Shown: positions 59,101-64,000 of the stretch, piece after piece
Layout: every line of letters begins with the position of its first letter
How positions within the stretch are numbered: the stretch's first letter is position 1
NCBI GenBank assembly: GCA_029882975.1
Contig: JAOUJW010000017.1
Location: 6,250-70,249 of the forward strand
DNA from: Gammaproteobacteria bacterium
Lineage (GTDB): Bacteria > Pseudomonadota > Gammaproteobacteria > SZUA-152
DNA: 64,000 bases
Reading direction: 5' to 3'
Notes under the pieces: generated by a model
What the model saw: the letters and a program-made list of their open reading frames with translations, nothing else
What the model was told of the DNA's origin: nothing
The model's database searches: none
Position numbers and translations under genes: made by a program

Positions 59101-59200
59101 CGGCACCAGTTTACAAGTCGCTGCCACCACTGCATTATTGGGCGCCGTGGTGTTCATCATTAAACTGGCGGCACCTGTGGTACAACGTTGGCGCTCCTAG
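56099..59200 (+). CDS. Large (1033 aa) signal-peptide protein, beta-rich ectodomain, two C-terminal TM helices; third gene of the ECF module
   Basis: Signal peptide MKQVLITFLLALLLLPIAAMA. Long ectodomain with no recognised catalytic motif. C-terminal …GIWVSIIGVLLIWLAIFLIKF… and …WWVLGSGFALVLLSIGYLG…AATTALLGAVVFIIKLAAPVV. 8-nt overlap with the anti-sigma gene. Confidence 0.6.
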   Translation: MNKPMWRTPMKQVLITFLLALLLLPIAAMAKSVSPVGTPPASDNGDVRVPLAVYQQLVEAASQKPQPAPASYAIGNAKVKVSIKDLGEHTTATVTVTAEIKTFEDQWTLVPILPHGAALTETLINNHAVQLVQGAQWLSWGTKKAGTAALKLVYHIDASRSENGYVLPLTVPSAAATQLELLFPGEKPDLAIIPSADSRSTAFGGGTKFTASIPATSSVLVSWRIPSKQNYAISRAFYQGELKKSAITWTTDFDVEVFSGESVKLKLMPSHVTLSGARINKKQATLLEEDGYFAVIIKGRGKYSIQTSFQTSVKQEQGPPITTLNIPRVPVSRFELTLPGKKQLTVTPETHVDSKTKNNKTIANVYIPMRDNVSFSWLDAIPEEQRVKVRANANIYHAIHAEEGVLHVNSLMDFNVTHGEATTFSFDVPNTVQVNRVSSGSGGVSDWTEKPNKGAKGKRIQVFLDRAVKGRFVLDVNYESLLKNKGEQSIHVPLIHATDMHRQRGMVALLAGTELALKPITENNISRVGENQLPGFVKNSIQMGILHTYKYTSDKPQLLVQAVAPERKQGKFDAQVDTLFSIGEVTVKGNATVQLDVKSGSTAKLVLNLPLGVNLLSVAGPSLRSYDVKPGDTAQTIQIEFTQPMEGQFRLEVNYEQIMKDGIDELAVPTLGVEGAEVEHGRLAVEALTAVEVQTSKFTQLTTVDINELPQQLVLKTTNPILLAFKYVHAKPPYELSLKITRHKEILVQEASIETAEYQSLVTNDGLVVTTAKYLVRNSRRQFLRLSLPAESEVWSVFVDNQAEKPASASEDSNGILIKMINSTSGFPVEIVYATPISKLSMMGSIGTHLPLPDMVVTKTHWNVFVPFGPDYVDVESNMDIIARNARANPRDMTMHQSGQANKNQAGAFKVNVPTQGIRFEFAKLYANKSQTPAFFTIRYTSVEGKTLGIWVSIIGVLLIWLAIFLIKFPSEKLAEQNRHKASWWVLGSGFALVLLSIGYLGTSLQVAATTALLGAVVFIIKLAAPVVQRWRS

Positions 59201-59264
59201 CACGGCAACTGACGTCCTTCCGCCAAAACCGGGGTCAAAAAACTTCCCCGGTTTTCTTCATTGG

Positions 59265-61631
59265 TTAAGGTGCAGTTATAAAACCCTTCACAAAAACTTT
59301 GTTTCCACCTTGCTGAGCTGTTGAATTCTCTCCCGCTACAAACACTCTATCACCAGTTAACAACATAGCTCTTGGAAAATCTTCCTCAGGTGTTGTGATA
59401 CCGGTGTTGTGATAATCAAGTCCCTCCAGGAAACCGTCCTCGTTGTATCGTAGGACCACACTATCCACACGCTCAGAGTTTATGCGCTCGTATCCACTGA
59501 TCAGCGTTTTATTGTTGGGTAATACGCTTATACCTGTAACTATAATATCAGCATTAGTCGATCCCTTTATCGGGTAGCTATGTCCTCTTCGATAAGTGAA
59601 CCCAAAGAATTCGAAGGTTGGTCCAAAACCACTATATAGGTCACGATCCAAATACCCCCCTGCTGTTAGACGCACCAACACTGGCTCATCTACAAACGGT
59701 TCACTGTTCGACTTCGATTTCGACAACATCATAATTCCACCATCCGGCGCTATCGCCATTCCACTTAGGGAAGTAACCATCGTAGCTAAACTCCTTCCCT
59801 CGAAACTAGCCTGTGTACCGTCTTGATTGAATGCCCAAACAATCGGATCATCATTTGCAGTGGTACCTGCTACAACAATTTGGCCGTTAGTTTTCAGAGC
59901 AAGATACCTACCGTAAACTCCCTCACCATCGCCGGAAAACCATAGGGTATGTCCTGTTCTTACGGGTGGATTGTCAGAAAGCAAACCAAATGTGGTATCC
60001 GGTTCACCAGTTGCTGTTAGTTTCCAAAGACTCATAGCTGATCCAGTGCCACCCAATAAATCCGCAGAGCTGTGCCCGGTGGCGATAATTCCTCCATCCA
60101 ATGCCAATCCCACATCGCGAAACCCCGAGGACAATAATATCACCCCATAACCTTTACGCTGTCCGGGATTACTCGCATCCGGGTCTCCAAACTCAACATC
60201 TAACTCACCGCTTTGTGTATAACGCCAAACGATGCCACGATAGTCGAATTTAGACAATTGACTAGAACCCACTACTACAATTTTGTTATCAGCAGTAACA
60301 ACAACCCCACGGGCTCTATCATTACCATCTCCCCCAGCCGCATTACGGTGAGTGCTATAGCCAAGCCTTTTGCTGCTATCGTCTGGATCAATGGGCCCGA
60401 AGCCAGTAACGAGGTCCGTATCCAAAACCCCTTCTGCGGTGTAACGCCAAATTCTGGCGTCATAATCGACTCCGTTCCAAATACTACCCACCACAATTGG
60501 TTTTTGGTCACCGCTTATCGCTATATCGAATACAGTCTCTGCACCAGTTGGATTGCTTGACAGTGCTGTGAAAGCCAATCTTTGGCTGGGATTTTCCGGA
60601 TTGATGTCTCCAAAATTTAAATTGGGTTGTAACGCATGCTGAACAATATAAACGCTTAACATCTGCTCCCTGCTTGACACACCATCATCAACGGTCAATA
60701 CAATCTCATATAAGCTATCCCAACGATTGTATGCCCTTGGGCTCGCTAACTCCAATAAACCGGTATCTGAAACCGTAAATCTGTACCTATCTGTACCCGT
60801 AATGGCATAGGTAAATGAAGTGTCACCATCCTCATCCAGCACTTCTATCTGCTGTACTTTGGTCGTATTTTCGTAAACCCTCACCACATCTGAAGAAAGA
60901 AAAATGGGAGCGTCATTTGTATCCGTGACTTCTACGGATATACTTACAGTAGTGGACAGCGCTCCATCTGAGGCAGTAATTCTAAGCTCGTATTTATTAT
61001 CTGTATTTGCGTCTACTGGTGATTCATAGTTCGGCGTGACTTTGAAGCTCAACGCTCCTGAATTTACATCCAAATTGAAATCTGAACTATCTCTACCGCT
61101 AATAGAGAAGGATATGGGATGTTCTTCTTTGTCGGAAGCAATTACAGTAGCCACTTGTAACTGATTTTCCTCAATCACAATAGAACTTGGACTCAGAACA
61201 AAGGGCGCCGTATTTACAGCAGCGTTTACGACAGCATCCGTAACCGATATGGACAAATCAAAGGAAACAGATTGTTTGGCATTGCTTACAATAATCCGAG
61301 TTTCATAAATGTTGTCGGAATTTTCATCACGTGGATTCTCAAAATCAGGGGCAATATTGAATACTAATGAGCCCGTTGAGTCGATGGAAAATAGTCTTGA
61401 ATCCAGGAGCGAGCCGTCGAGAGAAAAAGAAAGGTTCTGATTTTCTCTATTTAACACATTGACTTGCAAAACTTCAATGTTGTTTTCTTGGATTTCGACC
61501 TCACTGACTTCGGTTACGACCAGGGGTTGACCACCCGATTCCCCCTGCGCAGAATCTGATCCACCCCCACATGCAACGATAAAGAACAGACATACCACCA
61601 CAGTCAATCCAAAACGATACAGGTAAAACAT
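59265..61631 (-). CDS. Lipoprotein: cadherin-like domains + delta-60 repeats (paralog B of the 45858-48293 gene)
   Basis: The ORF extends to 61721; the likely start is ATG 61631 (MFYLYRFGLTVVVCLFFIVACGGGSD). Same architecture and collinear motifs as paralog A (…NIYETRI…, …DENDAP…/…DTNDAP…, …DGVLDTDLVTGFGPID…, C-terminal …VFVKGFITAP vs …IFVKSFVQIP). Confidence 0.75.
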   Translation of the reverse strand: MFYLYRFGLTVVVCLFFIVACGGGSDSAQGESGGQPLVVTEVSEVEIQENNIEVLQVNVLNRENQNLSFSLDGSLLDSRLFSIDSTGSLVFNIAPDFENPRDENSDNIYETRIIVSNAKQSVSFDLSISVTDAVVNAAVNTAPFVLSPSSIVIEENQLQVATVIASDKEEHPISFSISGRDSSDFNLDVNSGALSFKVTPNYESPVDANTDNKYELRITASDGALSTTVSISVEVTDTNDAPIFLSSDVVRVYENTTKVQQIEVLDEDGDTSFTYAITGTDRYRFTVSDTGLLELASPRAYNRWDSLYEIVLTVDDGVSSREQMLSVYIVQHALQPNLNFGDINPENPSQRLAFTALSSNPTGAETVFDIAISGDQKPIVVGSIWNGVDYDARIWRYTAEGVLDTDLVTGFGPIDPDDSSKRLGYSTHRNAAGGDGNDRARGVVVTADNKIVVVGSSQLSKFDYRGIVWRYTQSGELDVEFGDPDASNPGQRKGYGVILLSSGFRDVGLALDGGIIATGHSSADLLGGTGSAMSLWKLTATGEPDTTFGLLSDNPPVRTGHTLWFSGDGEGVYGRYLALKTNGQIVVAGTTANDDPIVWAFNQDGTQASFEGRSLATMVTSLSGMAIAPDGGIMMLSKSKSNSEPFVDEPVLVRLTAGGYLDRDLYSGFGPTFEFFGFTYRRGHSYPIKGSTNADIIVTGISVLPNNKTLISGYERINSERVDSVVLRYNEDGFLEGLDYHNTGITTPEEDFPRAMLLTGDRVFVAGENSTAQQGGNKVFVKGFITAP

Positions 61632-62017
61632 AGCCACCCCCGAAACAGGACTATTTTTGTACAAATCGAGACTCAAAGGACATTTAGTCTGTGACACAAA
61701 ACAGGCGTTAGTATAACACAAAAACTGGGCCCATTAACTCTGAGCCCTATTTTCGATCTGTGGGTTTTCGGGAATAAAACGACGATGTGCTCTTGGCATT
61801 AGCTAGCTAGCGAGGATGCCATTGTAATCTCTACTTAATTATATCAAAATAGCTCAATCAAGACCCTTGCTTGGACGTTTTCCGGTATTTATTCCTTTGT
61901 TTCAATTAGAAAGCTTGGTATTCCCATAAAGTTAAAAGTCCACATTAGGAAACCGGGGTAAGCCAAAAGTACAACGACACCCCCAATTTCTTTTTGATCC
62001 TTTTTTAAGGAGCCCCC

Positions 62018-62278
62018 TTAGGCACCCACTTTACCACCCAATTGATCACAGGCTTTCTCTGACATGGATACAAAACCCTGGCCTTTGCAGGACCCGTGTC
62101 CTTTGCACTCATTACTTGCCGTTTTACAGTCATTTTGACCTTTGCACTTGTTCACACCATAACAATGTATGTTCTCTGATACAGCCGATGTTTCCATCGT
62201 CGTGGTACTTGCACATCCGAATAGGCCGGCAGCAGCAATCGCAAGCGCGGCACCGGTTACTTTTGATTTTACACTCAT
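62018..62278 (-). CDS. Small Cys-rich secreted lipoprotein resembling DUF2282 / bufferin-type precursor peptides
   Basis: 86 aa. GGAG RBS 7 nt upstream. Signal peptide with lipobox (AAAGLFGC). Mature part …HCYGVNKCKGQNDCKTASNECKGHGSCKGQGFVSMSEKACDQL…, which shares the CYGV.K..G.NDC … C.G..C … V….C spacing I recall for DUF2282 proteins. Confidence 0.5.
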   Translation of the reverse strand: MSVKSKVTGAALAIAAAGLFGCASTTTMETSAVSENIHCYGVNKCKGQNDCKTASNECKGHGSCKGQGFVSMSEKACDQLGGKVGA

Positions 62279-62443
62279 GTTTTCTCCAAGTTAGTTAGAT
62301 CGGTGTTGGGTATAGAGTGTAGTTATCTGCTTCCCTCAATACAATCGAATATGCACGAAGTTATTGAAACGTTATGGCTTTGTTATAGAAATTTTATATT
62401 TGAAAGCGAAATCACCGTCAGATCTCAGTTTGCGACACACGAT

Positions 62444-63436
62444 TTACGAATCCAGCCCCACCACAAAGCGACACATATCGGCGATCAATTTATAGGAATC
62501 TTTGGAATAGCCGCCACTGGTCATGACGACGGTGGGGATTTTTCGGTCGTGTAATGCTTTTAAAACCGTTTGGTCTCTTTCCACTACACCGTCGTAGGAA
62601 ACACGCAGCCCGCCCAATGGGTCTTGGTCCAGTATATCGGTTCCGGCATTGTAAAAAGCCAGTTTGGGTTTTTCGACACTGTTTAGAAATTCAGGCAGGT
62701 GCTGCTGTAAAGTGTTTAGATAGTGGTCTGTGTTGCTGTATGCTTTCAGGGGAATCAGATAAGGAAAATCTTTCGGTTCTCCCGGATGTATTCCTGGGTA
62801 TACTTGAAAATTGTACATGTCCAACATGTGGACTCTGGGATCTTTGGCGTAGATGAATTCAAATCCGTTGCCCCGGTGTGCGTCCAGGTCAATCATGAGA
62901 ATATTGTCGGTAGCGGAAATTAATCCTTTGGATCGGCAGTGTTCAATGCTTAAAGCGGCATCCGCGAAAAAGCTGAACCCTTCTCCGTGATCCGGAAAGG
63001 CGTGGTGAAAACCACCGCCGATATTCACTGCAATGCAGTCATGAGTTAAAGCCTGCGTGGCAGCTTCAACGGTGCCGGAAACGGCTAATCGCGCCGGTTT
63101 TAGAAAACTGTTTTGCAGTATTTTGTTAGGCAAATAGCTAACGGCACCCACTTCCAATACTTGGGCAATGACTTTAGAGGATGACAGCGAGTCCAAGTAT
63201 TGTTGCGTATGGATGCTTAACAGCTGCTCCGGTGCAATGGGCTCCGTGGGTTCTATCAAGGCTTTGCTTAACTCTCTTCTTAGTTCTGTTCTTAATTCTG
63301 ATTTTAAATTCGATCCGTAGTCTGCTTGTAATAGGTTCCATGCTTTGCTGTATTTTTTCCCGTCAAACGGATGCAGTTTGTCGAAACCCAGTAAAGAAAA
63401 GTCATATTTTTTGGAGAATATAAATTTGTTTGGCAT
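62444..63436 (-). CDS. Histone-deacetylase-family (arginase/deacetylase fold) protein
   Basis: The ORF extends to 63469; the likely start is MPNKFIFSKKY at 63436. …AVNIGGGFHHAFPDHGEGF… (GGGxHH zinc-site motif). …AFYNAGTDILDQDPLGGL… and …TSGGYS…. Confidence 0.75.
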   Translation of the reverse strand: MPNKFIFSKKYDFSLLGFDKLHPFDGKKYSKAWNLLQADYGSNLKSELRTELRRELSKALIEPTEPIAPEQLLSIHTQQYLDSLSSSKVIAQVLEVGAVSYLPNKILQNSFLKPARLAVSGTVEAATQALTHDCIAVNIGGGFHHAFPDHGEGFSFFADAALSIEHCRSKGLISATDNILMIDLDAHRGNGFEFIYAKDPRVHMLDMYNFQVYPGIHPGEPKDFPYLIPLKAYSNTDHYLNTLQQHLPEFLNSVEKPKLAFYNAGTDILDQDPLGGLRVSYDGVVERDQTVLKALHDRKIPTVVMTSGGYSKDSYKLIADMCRFVVGLDS

Positions 63437-63756
63437 AGTCCACAGTTTTGTTTTGTGAATGTCTAGCATTCTGCTATACCGTATTTGGAGTCTAACTTTC
63501 GGGTTTCAAGGGATAGGGTCAGTTACCGCTTGCTTTTATTTGATAAGAGGGAAAATCGCAAAGTTCAAAATACAAGTCAATTGCGAAGTTTAACCTCCTC
63601 GGCGAAATACGCGGGCCGAAGTGCAGGACGCACAAGTGTCACAAAAGGCAAGGAGCCGAGAGAGACTATGCCACCCTACCCTATATTGCCTTGTCGTATC
63701 ATGAAAGTATCGTTGTTGTATCCGAAGATTATTTTGTAGCAGTGAAAGGGCATAGA

Positions 63757-64000
63757 TTTGAAAAATTCAACAGCTGCGCTTGCTATCATTTTTCTTGCGA
63801 CAATCATTGTTGCTGCTGATTGTTATAGCTCTAGCTCTACAAACGGTGAGGAACCAAGAATTTCCAGCTCCCCAACCATATCAAGCAGTGCACCTCCTTA
63901 TAGACTGTCGTACAATGACAAGCAGAATCCAAAGGCGATTTTCTTTACTTTCATGATATTGTCTTCTATTGGCTCATTGGTCGGAGCAGTTTACTACCGG
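63757..64000 (+). CDS. Possible lipoprotein gene start (partial; TTG start, runs off window)
   Basis: The open frame from TTG 63757 reads LKNSTAALAIIFLATIIVAADCYSSSSTNGEEPRISSS…, a signal-peptide-like N-terminus. No ATG. Very tentative. Confidence 0.2.

Noticed and set aside
62444-63436. Whether the HDAC-family gene upstream of the DUF2282-like gene could be the missing MNIO (BufB) partner
   Set aside because: It carries the GGGFHHA zinc-deacetylase motif and an arginase/deacetylase fold signature, not a DUF692/TIM-barrel MNIO. It is also upstream rather than downstream of the precursor.

Overview
This 64-kb window looks like a gammaproteobacterial-type chromosomal segment. It holds roughly 50 protein-coding genes and no rRNA, tRNA or CRISPR array that I could recognise.

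Core metabolism, about 6.9-22.7 kb: a respiratory formate dehydrogenase operon on the minus strand (DUF3305-like, DUF3306-like, poly-ferredoxin, TorD-like chaperone, small TAT-signal protein, then the Cys-type alpha, Fe-S beta and cytochrome-b gamma subunits). It is divergent from a plus-strand operon of moaA, fdhD, a tungstate/molybdate ABC transporter whose ATPase is fused to MobA, and moeA. mobB lies convergent after it.

Accessory content, in window order:
- Three large minus-strand lipoproteins at the left end (TPR, HEAT-repeat, Sel1-like).
- Two subtilisin-family (S8) peptidase genes in tandem; the larger carries a Gly-rich / TM / basic C-terminal tail that looks like a GlyGly-CTERM sorting signal.
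- A seven-gene minus-strand operon of mostly uncharacterised functions (GbsR/MarR regulator, DCC thiol-disulfide oxidoreductase, NAD(P)H-binding SDR, DUF2269, DUF4166, two membrane proteins). The regulator gene is flanked by 25-bp direct repeats.
- A TIGR03546/TIGR03545-like gene pair, a lone DUF2235 (Tle1-like lipase fold) gene, and an LVIVD-repeat lipoprotein.
- Two paralogous lipoprotein genes built from cadherin-like domains plus delta-60 repeats. Between them lie an AT-rich ~3.7-kb island bounded by ~113-bp direct repeats (IS30 and IS256 transposase remnants, a truncated PKD-lipoprotein gene, a 406-aa orphan) and a translationally coupled trio: ECF sigma factor, zinc-finger anti-sigma factor with a possible vWA-like periplasmic domain, and a 1033-aa secreted protein with a twin C-terminal TM anchor.
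- At the right end, a small Cys-rich lipoprotein resembling DUF2282 (bufferin-type RiPP precursors) sits behind a histone-deacetylase-family gene, with no modifying enzyme in the window.

All family assignments come from reading the translations for motifs. Nothing was searched against a database.
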